64,000 nucleotides of DNA from Squalus acanthias (Eukaryota): the NCBI GenBank assembly GCA_030390025.1, contig JASTWF010000034.1, forward strand, positions 4,712,001-4,776,000, in the 5' to 3' direction. A program made the position numbers and the translations under genes. The notes beneath the pieces were generated by a model, which ran no database searches, had not been told where the DNA came from, and saw nothing but the letters and a program-made list of their open reading frames with translations. Positions within the stretch are counted from its first letter, which is position 1; every line of letters begins with the position of its first letter. This document shows, one piece after another, positions 50,491-63,678 of the stretch.

Positions 50491-50704
50491 AGTTATGACA
50501 GAGCATAAGTACGACTGTATTTTCTGGATACTTTGATATTTCTGGAAATAACATCCATTTATGTTTCAAATTGATCTATCGAATGTGTTCTTTCAACCCT
50601 ACCACCAATCCCGTCACTTTCTAAGCCTCCTCTCACTTGTTGACAGATGGGCAGGATTCCCTCTTCACTGCACTGAATGGGAGTGCTGAGATCCACAAGA
50701 GAGA

Positions 50705-51558
50705 CTATACCAGGGCTCGTGTAGCACGGGTTAGGGACAGAATAAAGCTCCAAATAAACTGTCCCACCAAACATACTCAGGGTAAGTACAGAGAGTGTTC
50801 GAAACAAAGGAAAGCTCCCACAACACTGCCCACAAAGTGTTTGATGAGACAGTGTAGACGGAGTATTAATCTATATCTAACATGGGGTGCACATGCTGTG
50901 GAATGTTTGATGGGGCAGTGTTTGGGAAAAAATCTGTATCTAACCCTTGCTGTACTTGCCTTGGGAGAGTTGGACGGGGCAGTGTATGGGAGCGTTAATC
51001 TGTATCTAACCGTACTGTACCTGCCCTGGGAGTGCTTTTCTAAAAGAGAACTATACACACTTATCTGGTACAGTATGGACCATGTGTGTTTCAGTGTCAG
51101 CTCCTGTACATGTACAGTACACACCAGGTAAAAGGGAATGATGCACTCCCGTCTGGTACTGTACACTGTGTGTGTCTCAGTGTCAGCTCCTGTACATGTG
51201 CAGTAAACATTGAGAAAAAGGGAACGATTCACTCTTATCTGGTACTATACATGCTATGTGTCCACCGACTCCATCTCTCTCCCTGGCAAAAGTCTGAGGT
51301 TCTACCTGTCCGGGGAGTGTTTGATTGGAGAATGTGAAGGTAGCTTTACTCTGTATCTAGCCCGTGCTGTACCTACCCTAGGATTTTTGATGGGACGGTA
51401 TCGAGACAGCTTTACTCTGTATCTACACCTAGCTGTACCTGTCCTTGGAGTGTTTGATGGGACGGTGTAGTGGGTGTTTACTTTCTATCTAACCCGTGCT
51501 GTAACTGCCGCAGGAGTGTTTGATGGGAGAGTGTACAGTGTGCTTTAATCTTTACCTG
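50705..51558. repeat. 67-bp satellite, degenerate, both orientations, with an embedded spacer module
   Basis: Recognisable units flip strand near 50830. Confidence 0.7.
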
Positions 51559-51559
51559 A

Positions 51560-52450
51560 CAAGGCCTGTGAGGAGGTTGCAGAGAAACTCCAGTATGATC
51601 GGGACAAGTTGGGTGATTGGGCAGATCCATGGCAGATGCAGTATACTGTGGATAAATGCGAGGTTATCCACTTTGGTGGCAAAAACAGGAAAGCAGATTA
51701 TTATCTGAACAGCAATAGATTGGGAAAAGGGGAAGTGCAACGAGACCTGGGAGTCCTTGTGCACCAGTCGTTGAAGGTAAGCATGCTGGTGCAGCAGGCG
51801 GTTAGGAAGGCAAATGGTATGTTGGCCTTCATAGCGAGAGGATTCGAGTACAGGAGCAAGGATGTCTTGCTGCAGTTGTACAGGGCTTTGGTGAGACCAC
51901 ACCTTCAGTGTTGTGTGCTGTTTTGGTCGCCTTATCTGAGGAAGGATGTTCTTGCCATGGAGCAAAGATTCACCAGACTAATACCTGGGATGGCAGGAAT
52001 GACGTATGAGGAGAGATTGGATCGATTGGGCTTGTATTCGCTAGAGATTAGAAGAATGAGAGGGGATCTCATTGAAACTTATAAAATTCTGACAGGACTG
52101 GACAGACTAGATGCAGGAAGGATGTTACCGATGGCAGGTGAGTCCAGAACCAGGGATCACAGTCTAAGGATAAGGGATAAGCCATTTAGGACTGAGATGA
52201 GGAGGAGCTTTTTCACCCAAAGAGTGGTGAACCTGTGGAATTCTCTACCACAGAAGGCAGTTGAGGCCAATTAATTAAATATATTCAAGAAGGAGTTAGA
52301 TATATTTCTTAAGGCTAAAGGGATCAAGGGATATGGGGAGAAAGCAGGGACAGGGATGATCAGCCATGATCTCATTAAATGGCAGAGCAGGCTCGAGGGG
52401 CCCACTGGTCTACTCCTGTTCCTATCTTCTATGTTTCTATGTTTCTATGC
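51560..52450 (+). mobile_element. CR1-type LINE 3' fragment
   Basis: ORF 51609-52274 with KCEVIHFG, QRDLGVLVH, RRMRGDLIETYK, RVVNLWNSLP; (TTTCTATG)n end. Confidence 0.93.
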
Positions 52451-52519
52451 GTGCTGGGAGTGTTTGATGGAACAGTGTACTATTGTGAATCATCTGATTT
52501 TATTATATATTCAATTATA

Positions 52520-52985
52520 TCGGAAGCAGGAACCCTGTCAAAATCAAAACCTCTCAAACCCAGGGGTCACTGGATAGTGATCAGGAGCAGGAACCTGGCA
52601 AAATCCCACCCTCTCAAATCGAGGGGCCACTAGACAGTGATCAGGAGCAGGAACACCTGCAAAAGCCAATCCTCTAAAATCCAGGGGCTACTGAACAGCT
52701 ATCAGGAGCAGGAACGCTGGCAAAATCCCACCCTCTCCAACCCAGGGGTCACTGAACAGTGATCAGGAGCAGGAACCCTGGATGATTGTTCCTCTCTATA
52801 AACCAGGGATCTCTGGACAGTGATCAGGAGCATGAACCCTGGCAAAATCCCATCCTCTCAAGCCCAGGGGTCACTGAACAGTGATCAGGAGCTCAATCCC
52901 ACCCTCTCAAACCCAGGAGCCACTGGACGATCATCAGGATTTGGAACCCTGGCTCAAACTCACCCTCCCAAACCCAGGGGCCATT
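52520..52985. repeat. ~60-bp tandem repeat, ~8 copies
   Basis: Unit GTGATCAGGAGCAGGAACCCTGGCAAAATCCCACCCTCTCAAACCCAGGGGTCACTGAACA. Confidence 0.85.
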
Positions 52986-53215
52986 GTGCCCTGTATACCC
53001 AAGTCCAGGTCATTAATATATATATCAAAACGAGCAGTGGTGCACATATCGACATCTGGGGAACACTACTGTATACTTCCCTCCAGTCTGAAAAACAACT
53101 CTTCACAACTACTCTCTGCTTTTCATCTCTTAATAAATGATGTATCCACTTGCACACTGCCCCTTTAATCCCATGGTCTTCAATTTTGCTAACACGTCTA
53201 TTATGAAGCACCATT
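52986..53215 (-). mobile_element. CR1 RT fragment
   Basis: Minus-strand KIEDHGIKG.V.KWI...KQRVVV..CFSDWREVYSSVPQ. Confidence 0.75.
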
Positions 53216-53249
53216 ATGTTCTGCGAATGAGGAAAATGGTTCCAGTTTA

Positions 53250-54420
53250 GCTCCCTGTTTACACGGTCCCAGCAAACACTCCCAGGGCTGGTACAGCACG
53301 GGTTAGATACTGAGTAAAGCTCCCTCCACACTATCACATCAAACACTCCCAGGGCAGGTACAGCACGGGATAGATACAGAGTAAATCTCCCTCTACACCG
53401 TCCCATCAAACACTCCCAGAGCAGGTACAACATGGGTTAGATACAGAGTAAAATTCTCTCTACACAGTCCCATCAAACACTCCCGGTGCAGGTACAGCAC
53501 GGGTTAGATAAAGAGTAAACCTCCCTCTACACCGTCCCATCAAACACTCCCAGGGCCGGTACAGCACGGGTTAGATACAGAGTAAATCTCCCTCTACACC
53601 GTCCCATCAAACACTCCCAGGGCAGGTACAGCACGGGATAGATACAGAGTAAATCTCCCTCTACACCGTCCCATCAAACACTCCCAGGGCAGGTACAGCA
53701 CGGGTTAGATACAGAGTAAAACTCTCTCTACACTGTCCCATCAAACACTCCCGGGGCAGGTACAGCACGGGATAGATACAGAGTAAATCTTGCTCTACAC
53801 TGTTCCATCAAACACTCCCAGGGCATGTACAGCACGGGATAGATACAGAGTAAATCTCGCTCTACACTGTTCCATCAAACACTGCCAGGATAGGTACAGC
53901 ACGGGTTAGATACAGAGTAAAGCTCCCTCTACACTGTCCCATCAAACACTCGTAGGGCAAGTACAGCACAGTTTAGATACAAATTAAAGCTATTTCCACA
54001 CAGACCTTTATGTTGATCTATTCTGGGGGAAATGTTTGAAGGGGCAGTGTAGAAGTATCTAATCCATGCTGTGCCATAACAGAGGCAGGGTGACACAGAA
54101 AGAGAGAGACAGAGAGAGCAACGGTGCTGTACCTGGCCTGGGTGTGTTTGGTGAGACCGGGTTGAGAGAGCTTTAATCTGTATCTAACCCATGCTGCACT
54201 TGCCCAGCTTGTGTTTTATGGGTAGCATTGTTAGATCATTAATCTGTCTCTCACAATGCTGCACCGACCCAGTGAATGTTTGATGGGACTTTGCCCAGCT
54301 TGTGTTTTATGGGTAGCATTGTTAGATCATTAATCTCTCTCTCACAATGCTGCACCGACCCAGTGAATGTTTGATGGGACAGTGTAGAGAAAGCTTTAAT
54401 CTGTATCCAACCCATGCTCT
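53250..54420. repeat. 67-bp satellite (- orientation to ~54000, then degenerate +)
   Basis: Homogeneous units at 53270-53990. Confidence 0.9.
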
Positions 54421-54424
54421 ACCT

Positions 54425-55816
54425 AGAACGGTCCCAGCGGATTGGAAGGTCGCAAATGTAGCAATGCTATTCAAGAAAGACGGGAGAGAGTAAACAGGGA
54501 ACTACAGGCCAGTTAGCCTGACATCTGTCATTATGAAAATGCTGGAATCCATTATTAAGGGAGTAGTAGCAGGACACTTAGAATATCATAATACAATCAA
54601 GCAGAGACGTCACGGTTTTATGAATGGGAAATCATGTTTAACAAATTTATTAGAGTTCTTTGAGGATGTAACGAGCAAGGGGAACCAGTAGATGTGGTGT
54701 ATTTGGATTTCCAAAAGGCATTCGATAACGTGCCACATAAAAGGTTACTGCACAAGTTAAGAGCTCACGGGGTTGGGGGTAATATATTAGCATTGGTAGA
54801 GGATTGGGTAACTAACAGAAAACAGAGAGTCGGGATAAATGGGTCCTTTTCAGGTTGGCAAACTTGAACTAGTGTGGTGCCACAGGGATTAGTGCTGGGG
54901 CCTCAACTATTTACAATATGTATTAATTACTTTGATGAAAGAAGCGAGTGTACTGTAGCCAAATTTGCTGACGATACAAAGATAGGTGGGAAAGCAAGTT
55001 GCTAGGCGGACACGAAAAGTCTGCAAAGGGATATAGATAGGTTAAGTGAGTGGGCAAAAAATTGGCAGATGTAGTATAATGTGGGAAAATGTGAGGTTAT
55101 CCACTTTGGCTGGAAGATTAGAAAAGCAAAATATTATTTAAATGGAGATAGACTGCAGAATGCTGCGGTACAGAAGGACCTGGGAATGTTGGGCTTTATT
55201 GCTCGTGGATGGAGTATGAAAGTAGGGAAGTCCTGTTACAACTGTACAGATGGTTGGAGAGACCACGCCTGGAGTACTGCGTACAGTTTTGCTCAACTTA
55301 TTTAAGGAACGATATATTTGCATTGGAGGGGGTTCAGAGAACGTTCGCTCGGCTGATTCCTGAGATTAAAGGGTTGTCTTATGAGGAAAGGTTGAGCAGG
55401 TTGGCGTTTAGAAGAATGAGAGGTGATGTTATTGAAATATATAAGATACTGAGGGGGCTTGACAGGGTAGCTGCTGAGAGGATGTTTCCCCTTGTGGGGA
55501 AATCTAGAACGAGGGGGCATAGTTTCAGGATAAGGGGTCGCCCATTTAAGACGGAGATGAGAAGAAACCTCTTCTCTCAGAGGATCGTGAATCTTTAGAA
55601 TTCACTGCCCCAGAGAGCTGAGGTGGTGGAGTCAGTGAATATATTCAAAGCTGAAATAGACAGATATTTGAGATACAGAGGAGTCAAGGATTATGGGGAA
55701 CAGGCAGGTAAGTGGAATTCAGGTCACGATCAGATCAGCCATGGTCTCATTGAATGGCAGAGCAGGCTCGAGTGGCCAAATGGCCTATTCCTGCTCCTAC
55801 TTCTTATTTCTTATGT
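54425..55816 (+). mobile_element. CR1-type LINE RT-3' fragment
   Basis: DWKVANV, NYRPVSLTS, YLDFQKAFD, FADD, RTRGHSFRI motifs with stops; 3' tail. Confidence 0.93.
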
Positions 55817-55884
55817 AATTACACACACACACACACAGATATATACACACGCACACACACTGAAATCTACACTCGCACACACTG

Positions 55885-56680
55885 TATAGATGTAGCTTTA
55901 CTCTGTATCTAACCCGTGGTGTACCTGCCTGGGAGTGTTTGACGCGACTGTGTAGGCAGAGCATTCCTCTCTATTGAACCTGTGCTGTACTTGCGCTGGG
56001 TGTGTTTACTGGGTCTGGGCAACAGGAACTTTACTCCATATCTAACCCGTGCTGTGTTTGCCTTCTGAGAATTTGATGGGACAGTGAAGAGGGTGCTTTA
56101 ATCTGTACCTAACCCGTGCTGTAACTTCCCAGGGAGTATTTGAACACGTGCTGCACCTGCTGTGGAAAAATTTGATGGGGCAGGTTAGAATTATCTAATC
56201 CATGCTGTACCTGTCATAACAGATGCAGGGAGACAGAAAAAAGAGGGAGAGAGAGAAATAGGGGGGGGGGGGGGGGAGAGAGAGAGAGATATAGAGAGCG
56301 AGCAAGAGAGCGCAACTGTGCTGTAATGCCCTGTGAGTGTTTGATGGGACAGTGTAAAGCGATCTTTACTTTGTAAATAACCCATGCAGTTCCTGCCGTG
56401 TGAGTGTTTGATGGGACAGTCTGAAAGACAGCGTTAATCTGTATCTAAGCCGTGTTGTACATGCCCTGGGAGTGTTTGATGGTACAGCGTAGAGGGAGCA
56501 TTAATCTGTATCGAACCTGTGCTGTACTTGCCCAGCTGGTGTTTTATGGGTAGCATTGTGAAAGCATTAACCTGTTTCTCACAATGCTGTACCGACCCAG
56601 TGAGTGATTGATGGGACAGTGTAGAGACAGCTTTAATCTGTATCTATCCTGTGCCATACATGCCAGCGAGTGTTTCATAT
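55885..56680 (+). repeat. 67-bp satellite, degenerate
   Basis: Recognisable units; partly duplicates 54030-54420. Confidence 0.75.
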
Positions 56681-56689
56681 GAAATTGAA

Positions 56690-56925
56690 GAATGAGCTGC
56701 TGAAATCCTCATCCAAGCCTTTGTTAGTCCGAACTCGCACCAAATCCCTTTCACCGATCACCCCTGTGCTCGCTGACCTACATTAACTCCCGGCCTGGCA
56801 ACGCTTCAATTTTAATGTTCGCTTTGCCCCTCCCTATCGCTGTGACCTCCTCCATCCCTACAGCCCCTTGAGATCTCTGCGCTCCACCAATTCTGGCCTC
56901 TTGCGCATCCCCGATTTTAATCGTC
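56690..56925 (+). mobile_element. L2 3' fragment (paralog of 30908-31282, internally deleted)
   Basis: ATCACCCCTGTGCTCGCTGACCTACATT...TTCTGGCCTCTTG. Confidence 0.75.
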
Positions 56926-58199
56926 CCGTATATTTATCTTTAGTTCTCCATCTTTGTCTGTACCTCTCTCTCTCCATCTCTCCTTTAATCTCTTTCTGCA
57001 CCTTAATCTCTCCATATATCTTTCTACTTTTTTATTGATCTCTGTCTTTATATTTCTCAGTATCTGCTTTCTCGTCCTCAGCTTCTCTCACTGGTTATAT
57101 GGGAATTTGGGAGTGATGAAATAGGAGAATGAAAGATGTTTTATTTAAATTTGGAGGGACAGGCGGTGAGGGTCCCTGGGTTACATTCTGGGACCAGTGG
57201 GGCACACACGCAGGCTGTACAGAAACTCGTGTCCTGTATCTGTAATGTTTTTCATTATATCTCTGTATCTCTACAGTTTTCTTTATATCTCTGAACATCT
57301 CTCTCTATGTGCTTCTCTGTATATCGATCTCGCTTTATATTTCTGTATCTCTCTGTACCTTTCCTTTGTTACTTGATAATTTTGTATTTCTTGAAATGTC
57401 TACACCTATCTCTTTGAAACTCTTAGAATGTCTGTTCTCAATTTCTCACAGGATCTCTCTCAGGCCGATTATTTGAGAGAGACAGTTTAAAGTTAAACAG
57501 AACCTGCTCCAAAGACACAAGAGATGCAGAACTAGAATTTGTCCCAAAAACATCAGCATCATCTGGTCTGGGAACCTTGGGTTTTGTACATTGCACCATC
57601 TCCTGTGCTTGAAGTCTCTGACGTTGGTCAGACATTGTTTAACCATTTCATTGTTTTGGGGTGATTATTATGAACACTTTTACCTGTTTCTGATCTACAC
57701 AGGATGCAACAGATCAGAAAAAGCATGTCCCTGGCCAGAGTGCTGCCCTGGGCAAAAACTACACCTCCATTCAACAATCCCATTTCCTGCCTCTGCAGAG
57801 ATATCATACGGTTCCTCAATATAGGAATGTCGGAAACAGCCCTTGATCCCATATCCTAGACCAACTTTAAACACTCAAATCTTTCAGGTAAAGAAACTGC
57901 ATTTACCAGCCAGATTGCGAGCCACAAATTGAATCGTTTAAGACACAACAAATGCCACAGAAATGTGATTTATTGTTGTTATTTTCAACAATCAGACTGA
58001 AATGTTTCAGGGTACTTTTCAATCAAGAAAAAAATCAGAGAGGGAACAGAGAGAGGGAGAGAGTATAACAAGAGCTGGGCAGAGATAGGGGCAGGGAGAA
58101 TGAGAGAGAGAGAGAAATATATATACACTGAAATATAAATATGTGCACACTGAAATTTACACACGTACACAGAAAATATACACACAAACTGAAATATAC

Positions 58200-58425
58200 A
58201 CTGAGGAGAAATGTCTTCACCCAAGTGGTTGTGAATCATTGGAATTCTTTACCCAAGAGGACTTTGGATATACACAGTCCTTGTGTATATTGAAGACACA
58301 CATTGAGAGATTTTACTGAATTAAGGGAATCAAGGGATATGGTGATAGGACGGGAAAGTGGAGTTGAGGTAGAAGATCAAGCATGCTCTTACTGAATGAT
58401 GGAGCATTCTCGAAGGGCCGAATGG
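58200..58425 (+). mobile_element. CR1 3' end fragment
   Basis: GAGGAGAAATGTCTTCACCCA...GGAATCAAGGGATATGG...CTCGAAGGGCCGAATGG. Confidence 0.75.
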
Positions 58426-58427
58426 TG

Positions 58428-58836
58428 GTCTCTCTCTGTCTCTGTCTCCCTCTCTCTGTCTGCCTCTCTCTCTGTCTCACTCTCTCTGGGTCTCGCTCTC
58501 TGTCTCGCTCTCTCTCTGTCTCACTCTGTCTCTCTCTCTCTCTCTCTCTCTGTCTCACTCTGTTTCTCTGTCTGTCTCTCTCTCTGTCTCACTCTCTCTG
58601 TCTGTCTCTCTCGTTCTTTGTCTCACTCTCTGTCTCTGTCTCTCTCTCACTCTCTGTCTCGCTGTCACTCTGTCTCTCTCTCTCTCTGTCTCCCTCTCTC
58701 TGTCTCACTCTTTGTCTCTCACTCTCTGTCTCGCTGTCACTCTGTCTCTCTTTCTGTCTCTGTCTCCCTCTCTCTGTCGCACTCTCTCTGTCTCACTCTC
58801 TCTGGGTCTCTCTCTCTCTGTCTCGCTCTGTCTCTT

Positions 58837-58883
<47 letters not shown>

Positions 58884-59141
58884 GTCTGTCTCTCTCTATA
58901 TGTCTCTCTCTCTATCTATCTATCTCTTTCACTCTATCTCTCTCTCTCTCTTTCTCTCTCTGTGTGTCTCCCTGTCTCTCTCTGTCTCTCTGTATCTCTC
59001 TGTCTCTTTCTCTGTCTGTCTCTCTCTCTCTGTCTCTCTCGCTCTCTCTCTATCTATTTCACTCTATCTCTGTCTCTCTCTCTCTCTCTCTCTGTCTCCC
59101 TGTCTCTCTCTGTCTCTCTGTCTTTCGCTGTCTCTCTGTCT
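58428..59141. repeat. (TC)n/(TCTG)n microsatellite, ~710 bp
   Basis: Low-complexity pyrimidine tract. Confidence 0.97.
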
Positions 59142-59213
59142 CCAGAATCCGCAGTATGTTGCTTTTGTGCGCCTGCCTGGGATTGTCTGATGGGCCAGTA
59201 TAGAGGGAGATTT

Positions 59214-60040
59214 ATGAACATAAGAAGATAAGAAAGAGGAGCAGGAGCAGGCTATGTGGCCCTTCGAGCCTGCTCCGCCATTAATATGATCATGGCTGAT
59301 CTTCGACCTCATCTCCACTTTCCTGCACTTTCCCCATATCTTATAATTCACTTAATATTCAAAATCTATTGATCTATGTCTTAAATATACTCAACGATGG
59401 AGCCTCCACAGCCCTCTGAGATAGAGAATTCCAAAGATTCACCACCCTCTGAGTGAAGATACTTCTCTTCATCTCAGTCCTAAATGGTCGACCCCTTATT
59501 CTGAGACTGTGACCCCTGGTTCTCGACACCCCAGCCAGGGGAAACATCTTCCCTGCATCTACCCTGTCAAGTCCTGTCAGAATTTTGTATGTATCAATGA
59601 GATTACCTCTCATTCTTCTAAAATCTAGAGAATATAAGCCTAGTCTACTCAATCTCTCCTCATGGGGCAATCTCCCCATCCCAGGAACCAGTCTGGTAAA
59701 CCTTTGTTGCACTCCCTCTACGGCAAGTATATGCTTCCTTCGGTAAAGAGACCAAAACTGTACACAATACTCCAGGTGTGGTCTCATCAGGGCCTTATAT
59801 AATTGCAGTAAGACTTATTTACCCTTATACGTAAATGCTCTTGTAATAAAGGCCAACATACAATTTGCTTTCCTAATTGCTTGCTGTACCTGCACGTAAA
59901 CTTTCAGTGTTTCTTGTACAAGGAAACCCAGATTCCTCTGAATACCAACATTTCCCAATCTCTCACCATTTTAAAAATACTCTGCTTTTCCTGCCAAAGT
60001 GGATAACTTCATATTTCTCAGCATTATATTCCATCCACAT
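59214..60040 (-). mobile_element. CR1-type LINE 3' fragment (duplicate of 27883-28710)
   Basis: Minus-strand RPHLEYCVQFWS...RTRGHSLRIRGRPFRTEM; same flanking junctions as the 27.9-kb copy. Confidence 0.92.
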
Positions 60041-61217
60041 ATTATGTCCACTTAAGTTATTAGATTAATCACAATGCAACCAGACAATCAACAAATATAA
60101 AGTGTTGTAGTTCTTTAATTGGCAGTATTAAAAAGCACTGAACAAAACGGGTATCCGTATTTTCCAACTTCAATCACTTCCATTAATAAACGTGGTCTTC
60201 TTGAACCAGCACAACCACCATATAACAGGTCAGAAATGCAGCACTTATTCACAATTGCAGAAAAATACATACACAATTTGCGTCACAGAATTATAAACAA
60301 AAAGCAGGAAAAGCTGTGATTTAACAGAAATAAACATTTGTATTTCTTCCTGGACAGGAGAACCAGTCAGACTGACTTGGAAATGTTTACTCTTATGTTG
60401 ATGTAAAGATTTATAATTTACCAATTTCGCTTCTAATGTTTTTCTCTCAATCATTCTCCACAATATTATTCCTGCTCTTATCATGAAAAGTGTTGAATTA
60501 TTTTAGGTACTTCCCAATTAAAAGCGGGAAACAAACTTCATTGTTCTCTCAATTCTTTATCTCCTATTTCAAACATTCAAACCAAATCGAATTGTACGTT
60601 ATCAGTTTAATCAAAGTATTTTCTGTGTCTTTCTCAATAAACAAAGAGTGGTTTCTTCTAAAGTAGCATCCTGTAATTTTTATACTTCATTACATAACTC
60701 TTGTTTCTGTTAACACTCCACTAAATGTTTAAGACGCAATCTATATTTCCATTATTCCTGCGACTTGTTAGGACAAAAGAGCGACAGACAAAATAAAATG
60801 TTTGTGTTTTTCCCCTTTTTTGGTTCTCTTCCTAAATGTCTTAATTGTATATTTTTAAAATGTCATTTAAAAATAATATGTAACTCCTACAAACCCTTCC
60901 CTGCCCTCCCCCTCCTCAACACCATGGTTGCATGTTTGTGTAAAGCTTCTCACTTCACTTGAACACTCAAAATCAAATATTGAGAAATTTCAATTATAAA
61001 ACATTTTAAGCAGTTCAGAGCCTCTTTAAAAACGTTTGGACTTCAAGACCTGGTTGAAATTTGTTTAGGTGAGGGGAAATTGATTTCTGCTTCAGTTTCT
61101 TCCAAAAACATTTTAGAAACTTAGGGGGGAAAATTATTTTTAGCACTCATTTATTGTGAAAATGTCACTAAAAATCTCAAGTCTCATTGCAGCTTTGACA
61201 GAAGAAGTTGCTCCAAG

Positions 61218-62105
61218 AGTAAAGCTCCCTGTACACAGTCCCGTCAAACACTCCCAGGAAAGGTACAGCACGGGTTAGATACAGAGTAAAGCTCCCATTA
61301 AACAGTCCCGTCAAACTCTCCCAGGGCAGGTACAGCACGGGTTAGATACAGAGTAAAGCTCCCTCGACACAGTGCCGTCAAACACTCCCAGGAAAGGTAC
61401 AGCACGGGTTAGATACAGAGTAAAGCTCCCATTAAACAGTCCCGTCAAACTCTCCCAGGGCAGGTACAGCACGGGTTAGATACAGAGTAAAGCTCCCTCT
61501 ACACAGTGCCGTCAAACACTCCCAGGAAAGGTACAGCACGGGTTAGATACAGAGTAAAGCTCCCATTAAACAGTCCCGTCAAACTCTCCCAGGACAGGTA
61601 CAGCACGGGTTAGATACAGATTAAAGCTCCCTTTAAACAGTCCTGTCAAACTCTCCCAGGACAGGTACAGCACGGGTTAGATACAGATTAAAGCTCCCTC
61701 TACACTGTCCCCATGAAACACTCCCAGGGCAGGTACAGCACGGGTTAGATACAGAGTAAAGCTCCCTGTACACAGTCCCGTCAAACACTCCTAGGACAGG
61801 TACAGCACGGGTTAGATACAGATTAAAGCTCCCTCTACACTGTCTCATCAAACACTCCCAGGACAGGTACAGCACGGGTTAGATACAGATTAAAGCTCCC
61901 TCTACACTGTCCCATCAAACACTCCCAGGTCAGGTACAGCACGGCATACATACAGAGTACAATTCCCTCTACACTGCCCGAGTAAAAGCTCCCACGGTAG
62001 CTACAGCACCGCTTAGATCAAAATAGAGATCACTCAACACCGCCTCATCAAACACTCACAGGGCAGACACATCACGGTTTAGATACAGAGTAAAGCTATT
62101 TCCAC
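61218..62105 (-). repeat. 67-bp satellite array (- orientation)
   Basis: Homogeneous units, with an alternating dimer at 61220-61620. Confidence 0.95.
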
Positions 62106-63159
62106 ACAGTCCTTTATGTTGATCTATTCCGTTTTGGATTTTTTATTAAAACTACCTCACACGCCGGGCCTCGGCGAGTGTGCGGGTGAGCCGACCCCTG
62201 GGGGCACTGCTCTTGATCTAGGGCTCCTGGGCCTCCATTTTCCCCCCACACCCCCGAGGCCCTGCCTTCTGGAAGACTTTATCTCTGCCTGTGTCTCTGG
62301 CCCAAAGCCCAGCGTTGGCGGTGAGATTTAAACCCCTATGTTTGCGTGGAGGGCTTTTTGGGTGTGGAGGGGAAGCATGGCCAGGGGAAGAAGGCCACGT
62401 CTTTTCACCCCAACCCCAAACCCGGCAACAGGCTAGTTATTGTGATCAGCATCAAAATAAACAGCTTTAATTTGATGCCTTTTTTTGCCTCTTTCTCTCC
62501 AACCACCAAAAATATAGCCAATATTTCAAAACTTGATATCTGTGACCAGGAAATATTTCAATGCTCACTCACCACGTGCTCTGCAATGCACACGGTTAAT
62601 TTAATATTTATTTTTAAGTCGGCTGATGCCTTATTTTTTTTAAGAATTAATGCAGATTTAAACCTATGACCCAATTACACCGAACGTGTGATAATACTGG
62701 ACCAATCCGCCACTTAAACGTGCGTGGATGATAACGGGTTCCTTTTTAGGGCTTTGCTAATGTCTCTTAACACAACTTCAGATTCCGAAAACCTTAAATA
62801 TATATTGCCCCCGTCTTCCAAAAACAAAAACCCTCAAATTTACATTTAAATTTAAAATATGCCTGTTTGCGATTTTCCAGCGAATGCCTGTTACAAAATG
62901 GCCTCTCATTCTGGTCTAGTGTATTTATGCTTGGTGCTGCAGGAATGAGTCATTGGTGTGGCCTCCAGAACTAATCGACGCTCTCAAGAGCCGACCTGTG
63001 AATGAGATTGGTACTTTCATAGAATCTAGATATAGCCAACAAATTCGGAGCCCTATACTTAAGATATAAAAAATATCACAAAAATGTGATTTATTGTTGT
63101 TATTTTAAACAGTCAGGCTGAAATACTTCAGGGTACTTTTCAATCAAGAAAAATATATA

Positions 63160-63405
63160 GTGGGAACAGAGAGAGAGGGAGAGAGTAAAAAAGAAAGGTG
63201 GACAGGGAGAAGGAGAGAAGTAGGGATAGAGATAGCGTGTTGGCAGAAGAGAAGACGAGGGAGAGAGAGATTGAGACATGGACGGCAGCAGAGAGAGGAA
63301 ACAGCGAAAGAGAGGGACAGATGGATAGACATTGAGAAAGAGAAAGACAGAGGGAGCGAGATGTAGAGAGAGAGGGAACGAGATGTAGAGAGAGAGGGAG
63401 TGAGA
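63160..63405. repeat. GA-rich low-complexity tract
   Basis: Purine-rich (GA)n mosaic. Confidence 0.75.
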
Positions 63406-63407
63406 CA

Positions 63408-63678
63408 CTCAAACACTCCCAGGGCAGGTACAGCACGGTTTGGATACAGAGTAAAGCTCCCTCTACACTGACGCATCAAACAGTCCCAGGGCAGGTACAG
63501 CACGGGTTAGATACAGAGTAAATCTCTCTCTACACTGTCCCATCAAACACTCCCAGGGCAGTTCCAGCACGGGTTAGATACAGAGTAAATCTCCCTCTAC
63601 ACTGTTCCACCAAACACTCTCAGGGCAGGTACAGCACGGGTTAGATTCAGAGTAAAGCTCCCTCTGCACTGTCCCATG
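63408..63678 (-). repeat. 67-bp satellite array (- orientation)
   Basis: Four units. Confidence 0.92.

Noticed and set aside
47656..50536. Multiple overlapping His/Thr-rich ORFs
   Set aside because: Products of the 53-55-bp minisatellite in all frames.
58383..59231. Ser/Leu-rich 'membrane' ORFs
   Set aside because: Translations of the (TC)n microsatellite.
62130..62336. MITE with terminal inverted repeats (also 1215-1350 and 46195-46345)
   Set aside because: GC-rich and suggestive, but I could not verify paired TIRs or TSDs.
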